NCBI GenBank assembly: GCA_028717225.1
Contig: JAQUOF010000002.1
Coordinates: 19,249 to 83,248 of the forward strand
DNA: 64,000 nucleotides
DNA from: Patescibacteria group bacterium
Lineage (GTDB): Bacteria; Patescibacteriota; Patescibacteriia; UBA2591; JAQUPP01
Direction of reading: 5' to 3'
A model generated the notes under the pieces. It saw only the letters and a program-made list of their open reading frames with translations. It did not search any database and was not told the DNA's origin. A program made the position numbers and the translations under genes. Each line of letters begins with the position of its first letter. Positions within the stretch are counted from its first letter, which is position 1. Shown here one piece after another: positions 37,681 to 47,600 of the stretch.

Positions 37681-38491
37681 ATTTATTAAACCGTTTAGAT
37701 GTTTTTATTAGAATAATAGAACCAAAAATAAACATCAAGATCGCCACAATTTGCGCCAATCTCAAATCTAAAAACATCGGTTGCGGATTAACTCTTAAAA
37801 ATTCAATAAAAAACCGGCCTATGGAATAAAGAATTAAATAAACAGCAAAAATAGCACCCGGTTTTCTCGCTGTTGTCCGCGTAATAATTATTATTAAAAC
37901 AATAAAAATTAAAAAATCCCAGACAGATTCGTATAAAAAAACGGGGTGAAAATACTGAAATAATTCCAACCCGGCCGCGCGATTAGACAAAGAAATGGGA
38001 ATACCCCAGGGCAAATTAGTCGGCAGACCGTAAAGTTCCTGATTAAACCAATTCCCCCATCGTCCGATCGCTTGCCCTAAAATCAAGGCCGGCGCGAATA
38101 AGTCGGCTAAATTTAAAAAAGATAAATTCTCTCCCCCTTTTTTTAATTTCTTGGCAAAAATATATAAAACAATTGCGCCGCTGATCAATGCGCCATAAAT
38201 ACCCAAACCGCCGTGCCAAAATTTAATCATTTCTGACGGATTATTAAAATAATAAACCGGTTCGCAAAAAATGTGATAAATTCTCGCGCCGATTAAGCCG
38301 AAAATCACTGAATAAAAAACAATATCTTCAATAATTTCTTTTTTTATTTCGTATTTTTGAGCCAATTTTAAAACCAATAAAAAGCCCAAAATACCGGCGA
38401 GAACCATCAGTAAACCATACCAATGAATATTTAAGAGCCCCAATCTAAAAACAGATTGGGGCTCAAAACTATGCAAAAAAGATAGAATCAT
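37679..38491 (-). CDS. lgt: Prolipoprotein diacylglyceryl transferase
   Basis: HGGLGIYGA and GRWGNWFNQELYG are Lgt signatures. It is a polytopic membrane protein. Confidence 0.85.
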   Translation of the reverse strand: MILSFLHSFEPQSVFRLGLLNIHWYGLLMVLAGILGFLLVLKLAQKYEIKKEIIEDIVFYSVIFGLIGARIYHIFCEPVYYFNNPSEMIKFWHGGLGIYGALISGAIVLYIFAKKLKKGGENLSFLNLADLFAPALILGQAIGRWGNWFNQELYGLPTNLPWGIPISLSNRAAGLELFQYFHPVFLYESVWDFLIFIVLIIIITRTTARKPGAIFAVYLILYSIGRFFIEFLRVNPQPMFLDLRLAQIVAILMFIFGSIILIKTSKRFNK

Positions 38492-38494
38492 ATT

Positions 38495-39526
38495 TTATTT
38501 GCAGCTTCCGGCAGCTGTTCCGGTCGTATTTTCCAAGACAGTCTGACATTCCGCAGGAGCAGTGGTAAATGATTTACAAATCGCTTGCTTATATCCTTCC
38601 GTGGTTCTGTCTCCCTGATAAATTACGCCGTTAATCAAAAGCGTCGGAGAACCTTCAATTCCGTATTTCTGATTCATGGTCACTTCTTGAGCCAATAAAG
38701 CCCCTGCTTCGCTTTTCTGACAAGCTGTTATTTCCTTGACATCAATACCGGCTGTTTTGGCAAAACCTTCCCATTTTTCTTCAACAGTTTGAGGATCAGA
38801 ACCCTTGTTGATTAAATCAACAAAATTCCAAAGTTTTTCCGGAGCATATTTTTGAACGCAAATTTCTCTGATATCCTGATTGACCTCGCTAATACCATGC
38901 ATTGAACAGTATTTTTCAGCTTCATCCAAACAGAAGTCTCCCCATTTGGCGCCGCTATTTTTGGCATAATCGGAATAAATCACATATCCCAATTTTATAT
39001 TCGCTTTTCCATTGAGCAATTTAATAACCGGAGCTATCGTATCTTCGGCTTGATTGCCGTATGGACAAAAACTCATAACGTATAAAGTAATATCCGGATT
39101 TGCGGCTTGAGGAATTTCAGCTGCTTTAGCTGTTTCTACTTGAGCCGCTTTAGCTTGATCGGCAACCTTTTGTATATCCATTGCTTCGGGAAAAAATAAT
39201 TTATTATCGCCCGTTACATAAGAATCAAAAGTTTGTTCTTTAATTTTAATGGTTATTTTGTAAAGACCGCTATCTTTAACGCGGCTGGCGGAAACTAAAG
39301 ATGCTGTTGTTTCGGGTGTTAAAAGGTTTTCATTAATAAATTTCATTGCTTTGCCGGAAATTTCATCAGTCGGAGTTTGAAAAAGAAAATTCTTAACATT
39401 AAAACCATTAGTAAAAATAGAAGCGATTAAAATAATAGCCATGGCCCAGTAAACTATAGCCCCCCAATTGATTTTCTTTTTTGATTTTGGCTTTATTTCT
39501 GTTACATTTTCTGTTGTGTTTTCCAT
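38495..39526 (-). CDS. Membrane-anchored DsbA-like thioredoxin-fold protein with a single-Cys CPYG active-site motif
   Basis: N-terminal TM. SFCPYG where CxxC is expected. GSPTLLINGVIYQG resembles the DsbA cis-Pro region. There are several additional Cys pairs. Confidence 0.4.
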   Translation of the reverse strand: MENTTENVTEIKPKSKKKINWGAIVYWAMAIILIASIFTNGFNVKNFLFQTPTDEISGKAMKFINENLLTPETTASLVSASRVKDSGLYKITIKIKEQTFDSYVTGDNKLFFPEAMDIQKVADQAKAAQVETAKAAEIPQAANPDITLYVMSFCPYGNQAEDTIAPVIKLLNGKANIKLGYVIYSDYAKNSGAKWGDFCLDEAEKYCSMHGISEVNQDIREICVQKYAPEKLWNFVDLINKGSDPQTVEEKWEGFAKTAGIDVKEITACQKSEAGALLAQEVTMNQKYGIEGSPTLLINGVIYQGDRTTEGYKQAICKSFTTAPAECQTVLENTTGTAAGSCK

Positions 39527-39609
39527 AGATAAAAAAATTAAATTAGTTAATTATTATACTATATAGCATAATTAATCGTTTTGTTTTGTCAAGTTGGCAG
39601 GTGGATAAT

Positions 39610-40596
39610 TTATTGATTTTTCAACTTGTTAATTTTATTATTTTTAAGAATAAATAATAAGCAGCAAAAAATAATCAAGGCAAATAAAATAATCAATAAA
39701 ATAAAGAAGGGTGTTTTTTTTGTCGGTTGTGGAAGAGTGATAATTTCTGTCCGCATGTTTCCGGCCATATCAACCGCTCTAACCTTAATAATACTATTCA
39801 AATTTTGATCAGTCAACAAATACGGACTGTCTCCTTTATTCCAATTTTCTTGATTTTTATCTCTTGTTTCCGAGATTTCGTAATATTTAAGACCGGATTG
39901 TTTATCAGTGGTGGAAAAAACAATAAAATATTTATTATCAAAAATCAAAGAATCTTGTTTGATTTCTACAGTGAATGGCTCGGGAAGTGTTTTATCTTCT
40001 TCCAATACCTCTAACCATTCATCTTTGGGAATAACTTGATTATTGGGCAAAATTGTCAAATTTACATTTTGAATGGTTGGTTTTAACGGCGTGGCCAATC
40101 CGTCATTTAATAATAATTCTGAATTGTCCAAAAAATTTATTTCAGTTTTTATTTGCTGCCCATTCGCGTTTAATTGATCTTGCGGAATTTCACGGACTTT
40201 AAAAATCATTTTAACCAGCAAATTGCTTAATCCCGGGTCGCCGGCTATATGGCCCGAATAACCGCCGGGAATGCCTCCGACAAAATTAATAATTCCTTTT
40301 TCTTTATCAATTGTCGGCGGTTGAGGAATAATAGTCAGAAGAGAATCCCCAAAACTTAAATCAACAGCTTCCAGTAAATCTTGGGGGTATTTTAAATTCG
40401 CTTCAATAACATTAATGTTTTCTTCCGCTTTTAAATTAAGTCTTGCTTCAATAATAAAGGTATCGCCTATTTTGTATTCGCCGCTTTTAGGCTCTAAATA
40501 TAAAGTGGCGGCAGAAACTTTATTAAAAATGCAAAATGAAAAAATAAAAATGCAAAATGAAAAAATTATATATTTTAAATTTTTAATTTTAGACAT
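39610..40596 (-). CDS. Secreted cohesin-like domain protein with a C-terminal TM anchor (328 aa)
   Basis: Signal peptide. YKIGDTFIIEARLNL...INVIEANLKYPQDLLEAVDL matches the cohesin pattern. An AGN-containing Ig-like segment (VRAVDMAGN) follows. The C-terminus is TM plus KNNKINKLKNQ. Confidence 0.5.
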   Translation of the reverse strand: MSKIKNLKYIIFSFCIFIFSFCIFNKVSAATLYLEPKSGEYKIGDTFIIEARLNLKAEENINVIEANLKYPQDLLEAVDLSFGDSLLTIIPQPPTIDKEKGIINFVGGIPGGYSGHIAGDPGLSNLLVKMIFKVREIPQDQLNANGQQIKTEINFLDNSELLLNDGLATPLKPTIQNVNLTILPNNQVIPKDEWLEVLEEDKTLPEPFTVEIKQDSLIFDNKYFIVFSTTDKQSGLKYYEISETRDKNQENWNKGDSPYLLTDQNLNSIIKVRAVDMAGNMRTEIITLPQPTKKTPFFILLIILFALIIFCCLLFILKNNKINKLKNQ

Positions 40597-40640
40597 TTGG
40601 GTTTATTTAGAAATTAGAAATTTCGCGCCAAGAGCGCGGA

Positions 40641-41777
40641 TTATCCCGTCCAATGATACAATAAAATACTTAAATCCTGATAATTAACCACTCCATCATT
40701 ATTTAAATCTGTTTTAATATTTTTTGGCTTGCCCCAATTATAAAGCAAAATAGACACATCAACAAAATTGACAATATCTCTTCCTTTTTTATTAAAATCA
40801 TGGTTTAAATTAGCGGGAATAATTTTAACAGATTCTCCTGACGATGGTTCTTCTGACGTTTCATCCTGCCCTAAAACTTGAAAATTCAAAGTTTTGGAAA
40901 AATCAGAAGCCAATCCTCCCTCAAGAGAAGATTTTATTTTAGTAGAATGAGCGCCATTTTCCAAAGGAGTTGTATCTAAATTATAAAAATAAGCGCCGAT
41001 TTGATCAGCTTCTACTTCTTTGATAAATGGATTTGAAGAATAAACATAAACAGAAACTTGAGATTTTGGCGCGGTTTGGCCAAAAATAATAATTTTTTCT
41101 CCTTTTTTGACTTGATCTTTATCTAGGTCAATGGTTGGCGGCAAAAAAATATTCGCAATGGTTGTAGTCATACCCGACTGAACGCTGAGCGTGTAGCTAA
41201 AACTTGGAGAACGCCTTCCTCTAAAATCTTCTGCCCACAAAGAAAGACTGCAGATACCCGGAGTAATTCCGGGAAGCTCAAATTTAAAATTTGCCATATT
41301 GTCTGCTTTAATAATACCTGCTATTTTTCCATCTTTTAGAATGGTTACATCAGTATTGGGGTAAGCCATTCCTTGAATAATCACTTTTGTTTCAGGTACA
41401 TAAAGTCCGCCACCGCCACCTCCTCCTCCACCGCCCGAGATACAATCGGAAGTATCAAAAGTACAATCAGCCTTACAACTTAAATTACCCCTGTTAAAAC
41501 CTTGTTTACCGCAAGTTTGACTATCTAAATCACTACCATCGCATTGTTCTCCCAATTCAACTACACCATTGCCGCAAACCGTGATTATAACCGAGACAGA
41601 AGTTTGAAAAGTTTCAGCTTGGGAAATCTTGGGAAATAAAGGTAAAATTAAAAATAAAATAACTGAAAAAATAGTCAGTTTATATTTTTTAGAAAATAAT
41701 AAATCCCGCAAAAAAGTGCGGGATAAAAATAACCAGTTTCGAAAAAATATTTCGTTCTGGTTATTTTTTATTGTCAT
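40641..41777 (-). CDS. Secreted Cys-rich-repeat protein with a C-terminal dockerin domain
   Basis: Signal peptide. CGNGVVELGEQCDGSD is a Myxococcus-type Cys-rich repeat. A G10 linker follows. The C-terminal dockerin pair is DFNKKGRDIVNFVDVSILLYNW and DLNNDGVVNYQDLSILLYHW. Confidence 0.6.
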   Translation of the reverse strand: MTIKNNQNEIFFRNWLFLSRTFLRDLLFSKKYKLTIFSVILFLILPLFPKISQAETFQTSVSVIITVCGNGVVELGEQCDGSDLDSQTCGKQGFNRGNLSCKADCTFDTSDCISGGGGGGGGGGLYVPETKVIIQGMAYPNTDVTILKDGKIAGIIKADNMANFKFELPGITPGICSLSLWAEDFRGRRSPSFSYTLSVQSGMTTTIANIFLPPTIDLDKDQVKKGEKIIIFGQTAPKSQVSVYVYSSNPFIKEVEADQIGAYFYNLDTTPLENGAHSTKIKSSLEGGLASDFSKTLNFQVLGQDETSEEPSSGESVKIIPANLNHDFNKKGRDIVNFVDVSILLYNWGKPKNIKTDLNNDGVVNYQDLSILLYHWTG

Positions 41778-41789
41778 AGCATTTTTTGA

Positions 41790-42713
41790 TTACTTTTTCT
41801 TTTTCTTCTTTAAAATCAAGCCCGCGATGCCGATTAAAATAATAACAGCTATACCGATTATCAGTAAAATTTTTGAGTTCAAATCAAATATTTTGTTTTG
41901 CTGTCCCGCAGTAATGGTGCCTTTGGGCATAATGCTTAAATGAATTTCTCCCGAGCTGACCACTTCATCTTTCTTGAAAATTTTATACTGCGCCCAATAA
42001 CTGCCGGCTTTTAATTTTGTTTTAAGTTCGGCAACCGCCCAATCGGTTTTAAACGGTTCAACTTTTCCTATTTTGGAAGTTTCAATTGTTTCTACAATAT
42101 TTGATTTGTCTTCGCCGTAAATTTCAAATTTTACTTTGCTCGGGGCGGCTTTTATATTGCCTAAATTCTCAGTTTGCATTGAGAATTTGATTATTCCCGG
42201 AACATATCCCCACCAAGCTTTATATCCTTCTTCCAAATCGGAAACTTTTATTCCTTTAATTTTGAAATCAAAAATATCTTTTGCCACGGTTAAATTAACG
42301 TCAATTTGTCCGCCTAAAAGTATGGAGACCGTTCCCTGTTCCGGCGCTCTGACCGGTGAAGTTTTTATTCTGATACTGCCTTTATATTCGCCGAATTTGG
42401 CGTTTTTCGGAACATCAATGCTGAAAATAATCGGCACTTGCTGAGCTCCGGCCGGCATAATAAATTCTTTTCCTTTATCAATTGTAATCCAGTCGTCTGC
42501 TTTTGGAACATTAGTAATTACTTCCACTTTCCAATCTTCAACCGGATCGCCTCTGACCAAAGTAATTTTTTTCTCGTAATGAGATCCCTGTCCAAGATTT
42601 TCATTGTCAATATAAGGAGGAGAAATACCAAAACCCGCTTTCGCCGTTGGGGCGATTACAAAAGCCAATAATAGAAAAGTAATTAAAATTAAATTTATTT
42701 TTTTCCAAACCAT
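41790..42713 (-). CDS. Secreted two-domain beta-sandwich-like protein with a C-terminal TM anchor and poly-Lys tail
   Basis: Signal peptide (AKAG). The C-terminus is ILLIIGIAVIILIGIAGLILKKKKKK. Confidence 0.4.
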   Translation of the reverse strand: MVWKKINLILITFLLLAFVIAPTAKAGFGISPPYIDNENLGQGSHYEKKITLVRGDPVEDWKVEVITNVPKADDWITIDKGKEFIMPAGAQQVPIIFSIDVPKNAKFGEYKGSIRIKTSPVRAPEQGTVSILLGGQIDVNLTVAKDIFDFKIKGIKVSDLEEGYKAWWGYVPGIIKFSMQTENLGNIKAAPSKVKFEIYGEDKSNIVETIETSKIGKVEPFKTDWAVAELKTKLKAGSYWAQYKIFKKDEVVSSGEIHLSIMPKGTITAGQQNKIFDLNSKILLIIGIAVIILIGIAGLILKKKKKK

Positions 42714-42762
42714 GTAATTGATAAATTTCTAATCTGCCGAATCTAAAAATTCTTTTTATTTA

Positions 42763-44550
42763 TTATGATCCAAAGCTTTCATTATTAATCTTGCCTTCAA
42801 TCGTATTTTGACCCGTATAACTTCCGGCTGCTTGTCCGGCTGGTACGTGCAAATACCAATAAGTATTTGCGGTTGCCGGCGAACCGGTTGTAGTGGTTTT
42901 AGCGCAGTTTAATTCAGCTTCAGCAGGCGTATACGCTAAATCCGCGTGACCTGTTCCGCCAAAACCTTGGCCGGTGGTCAAATTATAATTTTGTTGATCA
43001 GTGGCGATATAACTACCCGAGCAAGTAGGATAACTGCCGGTACATAATCCTTTACTTCCTGAGGTTCCACCGGAAATATTTTCATCCAAGCCGACATTGC
43101 CGGTTGCTTCTATAGTGGTTGTTTTCTCCGCACTGTCTCCATTCGCCGATACCGTACCATAAACAATGGTCGCAGTAGTTAAATCATAAGACATAAATTT
43201 ATCCATTTCATTGCTGCCGGTAGTGGAATCAACTAATCCCGTATCAGCCGCATCATCATCAGTGGCTTTGACGGCCGCGACCCAATTGTAAGAAGCTTTT
43301 GGCGCGCCGGTCACTGTCGCATCAGCGTGATATTGGATTGGGAAAGTGCAAGTCCAAGCAGCATCAGTGTCGGTTGCTCCGGTACAAGTATCCGCATCTT
43401 GAGTACAAGTTGGATTCCAAGAAGCATAAGCATCGGGATAGCAATCATTGGCATTATAGTCGCCGGATTCATCACAAGCTGTGGTGGCTTTTTCAGACAT
43501 TCTTAAATTAATAAAAGCTGAAGCAATTTCATTATCGGTTCCAGGAGTTCCTCCTTTGGTTACGCAACTGTTAGCGTCAACCACGGTAAATTTTACTTTA
43601 AACCCTGTTGTTTCCGCTTGTTCAGTAGTAAGAGTCATATTCCCCGCTTCGTCAGTATCAAGCACGGAAATAGTTGAAGCAGTAATACTTGGTGCAACAT
43701 TGCTGACAGTTGGAGTAGAATCCGTGGCATGAGGACTGCCGGAAGCTTCAAGTCCATGGCTATCAACTACGAAACCATAAGCGGCATAATCGCCGTCAGG
43801 TCTGAGTGTAGTGGCGCCGCAAGTCGGATTACTGGATTTCCCGGTATCTGAACACCAAGCTCCGTCCGTGCAAGTTAAAGTTGAAGCGACAAAAGCATTG
43901 CTTTTACAAACATATAAACTTACGGTGTCATTTGCCGTATCAGTATCGGAATCAGAAGCAGTGGTTGTCCAAGTCATGGTGGTTGCCGGAGCTTTTGGAC
44001 CATCGTCGGCATAAACAGTAAAGGCCGGTACATGATTAACTTTAAATGGCGAACCTGAATCGCTTGAACCTTGAGAGGAGGCAGAACAGGCCTGACTTGA
44101 AGAAGCGGCATCGCAAGCAAAAGCAAACCAAGCATTAGATTCCGCTGCACCGGAAGCTGCGGTAACACAAGTGGCTTTTGCGCCGCTGACAGTTGAACCG
44201 GAAACACACCAAGTGGAAGAAGTATCGCAAGTTGGTGCGCCGCCACCGGTTCCCGGATTAATCACATCTGTTTTACAAACAGCCAAATACCAATTATCGC
44301 TATTCGGATCAGTGGAAGTTGATTCAAAAGTTACGTTAGCGCCAATATTAGTCGGTGATGCGCCATAAGAAGCCGGATTTTCAGCCGGAGTTCCCAAAGA
44401 TGGGGCAGTATTTCCGACCGTAACCGAAGTGTCAGCCGAGTCGGCTTTAACTTCTGAATTTTTAAAATTAAGATTAAAACTGAAAACTACGGCGACGATT
44501 AAACTTAAAATTAAAAACCAAGGAAAAGATTTCTTTATGATTTTTGCCAT
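42763..44550 (-). CDS. Secreted S/T/A/G-rich, Cys-rich surface protein (595 aa). Its C-terminal ~300 aa are paralogous to the C-terminus of the 2490-aa neighbour.
   Basis: Signal peptide. The shared blocks TTTIEATGNVGLD, ADLAYTPAEAELNC and YWYLHVPAGQAAGSYTG match TTTVTATGNVSLD, AHADLNCC and VWWGLEVPSPQAVGSYTG in the giant. Confidence 0.5.
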   Translation of the reverse strand: MAKIIKKSFPWFLILSLIVAVVFSFNLNFKNSEVKADSADTSVTVGNTAPSLGTPAENPASYGASPTNIGANVTFESTSTDPNSDNWYLAVCKTDVINPGTGGGAPTCDTSSTWCVSGSTVSGAKATCVTAASGAAESNAWFAFACDAASSSQACSASSQGSSDSGSPFKVNHVPAFTVYADDGPKAPATTMTWTTTASDSDTDTANDTVSLYVCKSNAFVASTLTCTDGAWCSDTGKSSNPTCGATTLRPDGDYAAYGFVVDSHGLEASGSPHATDSTPTVSNVAPSITASTISVLDTDEAGNMTLTTEQAETTGFKVKFTVVDANSCVTKGGTPGTDNEIASAFINLRMSEKATTACDESGDYNANDCYPDAYASWNPTCTQDADTCTGATDTDAAWTCTFPIQYHADATVTGAPKASYNWVAAVKATDDDAADTGLVDSTTGSNEMDKFMSYDLTTATIVYGTVSANGDSAEKTTTIEATGNVGLDENISGGTSGSKGLCTGSYPTCSGSYIATDQQNYNLTTGQGFGGTGHADLAYTPAEAELNCAKTTTTGSPATANTYWYLHVPAGQAAGSYTGQNTIEGKINNESFGS

Positions 44551-44663
44551 ATATTAAAATTTAATTTATTAAAATTATTAAATTATTTATATTTTAATAG
44601 TATCACAAACTTTGAAAAAAACAATGTCTTTTTCAGTGGATAACTAATCAAATTTTTAAAAAA

Positions 44664-47600
44664 TTATTCGCACCAATCGCCCGATATTGACCATTCATTT
44701 TTGGCCGCGCTGAAAGTAATTGATCCAGTATAACTGCCCACTGCTTGAGGAGAAGGCACTTCCAATCCCCACCAAACATCTTTGGTCGCTTTGCTGCCGG
44801 AAGAAAAAGTTTTACAGCAATTTAAGTCCGCGTGAGCTCCGGGGTCAACCAATAAACTTGTGCCGCTGGCATAAGCAGTACTGGTAGCAAGGGCGTATTT
44901 TTGCTTTCCCACCGCAATGCTGTTTCCTCCCGAAGTCATATTTACGCCGTATAAATTTATATCCAAAGAAACATTACCCGTGGCGGTAACAGTTGTCGTT
45001 TTATCCAAAGGATCATTTTTAGCGCCGGCACCCAAACTGCCATAATTTATCGGTGAAGTAACATCTAAAGCTAATAAAGAATTTACATCAGGCGCGTCAG
45101 CCGCACTGTAACCTGAACCTGTTGAATCATCTTCGTCAGTAGCCTCAATAAATGCTCGCCAATATTGAGAAACCCAAGGAGTGCCCGTATCAGTCGGATC
45201 AGCAAAAAATTGCATTGAAATTGTGCAAGTATAAACAGCGTCAGTTCCGGAACAAGAAGTTTCAGTGCAAGAAGCAACACTGTAACAATTATTATCATTG
45301 GCTGAACAGGCCTGGGCGCTTGTTACTCCGGAACGATAAATTTTTGCCGTCACTCCGGTAATAGTATCGCATCCATCCGGATCTGAAACATCGGCTGTGG
45401 CTGAAACTGATTTAGTGGTATTCTCAATCAAATCAATAGCCACTTGGCCATTTAATTGAACATCGCTCACGGTCGGCGCCTGACCGCCGCCGGCCGTAAT
45501 ATCGGCTATTTTTGTATAACTATCCAATTCGGAAGTTGCGTTTCTTGCTTTAAAACAATAAACCGTGCTGTCCAAAGCATTGGCGGTAAATTGAAAACTG
45601 TATTCCGCTTCAGTAAATTGACTGGCAGTCAAAGTAATACTGTTTGTTTGATTGGACGCATTTTCTATTATTTTTCCGGCCACAAAAGCATAGTTACTTG
45701 GAATGCTTAATTGTCTTGTAGCCGCTGCTTGATCAACAAAATAAGTGGAGGCGGACATACAAGCGGCTTCGCTGCCGCAACTTCCGGCAACCGGAACATC
45801 AGTGTAAGTTTCGTCTCCGCAAGATCCTCCTGTTTGAACCGCGTATTGCAAACGATAATTATAACCGCTGGCAGTTGCCGTAGTATTTTTAAAAGAAAAT
45901 CTTAATCTGATATTTGTTGATAATGGCTGACTGGTTGTCGCATCCTCGGCCGCTTTCCAGGTGGCCGCCGTACCCGACCCTGTTTCCTCACTTCCATAAG
46001 TTAATAAACTATTATTTGTAGAATTATAATCAGCCGTAATCCAAGCAGTGCTTCTGGCGGTTTGAGAAAGACGAACCTCATCTATTTTTCCTTCTAAATA
46101 ATTCGTATCAGCGGTTCGGCCAATATCAAAATTACTGGCATTTTCAGCCGTGCCGGTCGTGACGGTTACATATTGCCATGCGTCGGCCGCTAAGGTACTG
46201 GTGACAACACCATTAACATAAATTGTTGGTGTGCCGGTAAAACCGGTCACAGTTACCGTGCCGCCGCTGACCCAAATATATTTTGTAGTGCTGGTAAGAT
46301 TAATAAAATATTCAGTCGTAGTTTCCGGATAAATCCAAAAACTTACGGTTTTAACAGTGCTTGGTCCGGTGCCGATATCAATATAATCATTGCTTCCGTC
46401 AAAACTATCAGCGCCGTTTATTTGACCAACCGCGCCGCCGGTTACTCCATTAATACAACCTCCATCTATATTATGAGTAGTGGAATCCAACTCATCAATA
46501 AGTATATATTTCATAGAATAGGGCGAAGAACTGCCTGTTCTCCAAGCTCCTTCAAGCACGGGCTTGATTGCGTATTTTGAAATCCTGGAACGGAAGGCAA
46601 GGTTAGTTGAAGTGGTATCACTGATAGCCATTCTGCTTCCGAAATTGGCTCCAGCATCAGTACTTTTATAATATACGGTTTGACCTGTACCGGAATTATA
46701 CATAGCGGTTACGTAAACAACATCTCCATAAGCAACGATTGATGCGTAACAATGATTATTTCCCGCATCAAGAGTGATAGTACTTTCCCAAGTGTCATCC
46801 GCGTTTTTTCTGGCATATTTCAAAGGTCTGTAGGTCGGACCATAACCACCCCAAGCAACATGAAGACGATTACTGGCATCCATAGAACTGATAACATGCG
46901 ACCAAACATCAGAATATGTTCCTCCTGATATATCTGTCCAGCTTCCGGCCCAAGTCCAAGTCGGACCCGCGCTGTAAGTCGCTTTTTGATATTCAATTTT
47001 TCCGGCTATAGCAGCCACTATATGTACATTCCTGCTGGAATCAACTTGAATAACCGGCATTGTCCACGCATCATCCGTGGCTAAAGTAGTCGGACTGGCA
47101 CTCCAATTACCGGCTGAATTATTTTCATAATATACATTATAGGTAGTACTGTTATTAAAAAATACCCAAGTTACATGGACAACTCCAGCTGAATCAACCG
47201 CCATACTTGCGTCAGATACACCATTTGTACCTGTCGCTCCTTCGTGAACGGTTTCTTCACTCCCGACATCCCAACTCGTACCATTCCAAGTTAATTTTCT
47301 GTAAAATATCCAGTGTTTAAGATCATTGGAGTCAGAATATATAAGATGGATATCTTTGCCATTCGGATCAACGTCAACAGTCGGAAGGTTTCCTTTTCCG
47401 GGCGTGCTTCCGATTTGAGTTTCATCAGTCCAAGTAAGTCCATTGTCAGTACTTCTCTTCCACCATAAAGTTCGGTCGCTGGTGCCAGCTTTGGCATAAA
47501 ATAAATGAAGAGTTTGACTATCATCGTCAGTCCTGACTAAAGTTCTTGAAAAAGTATCTGACACGTGCGTAGTATCGGCGCTTACCACTGTTCCCTGAGA

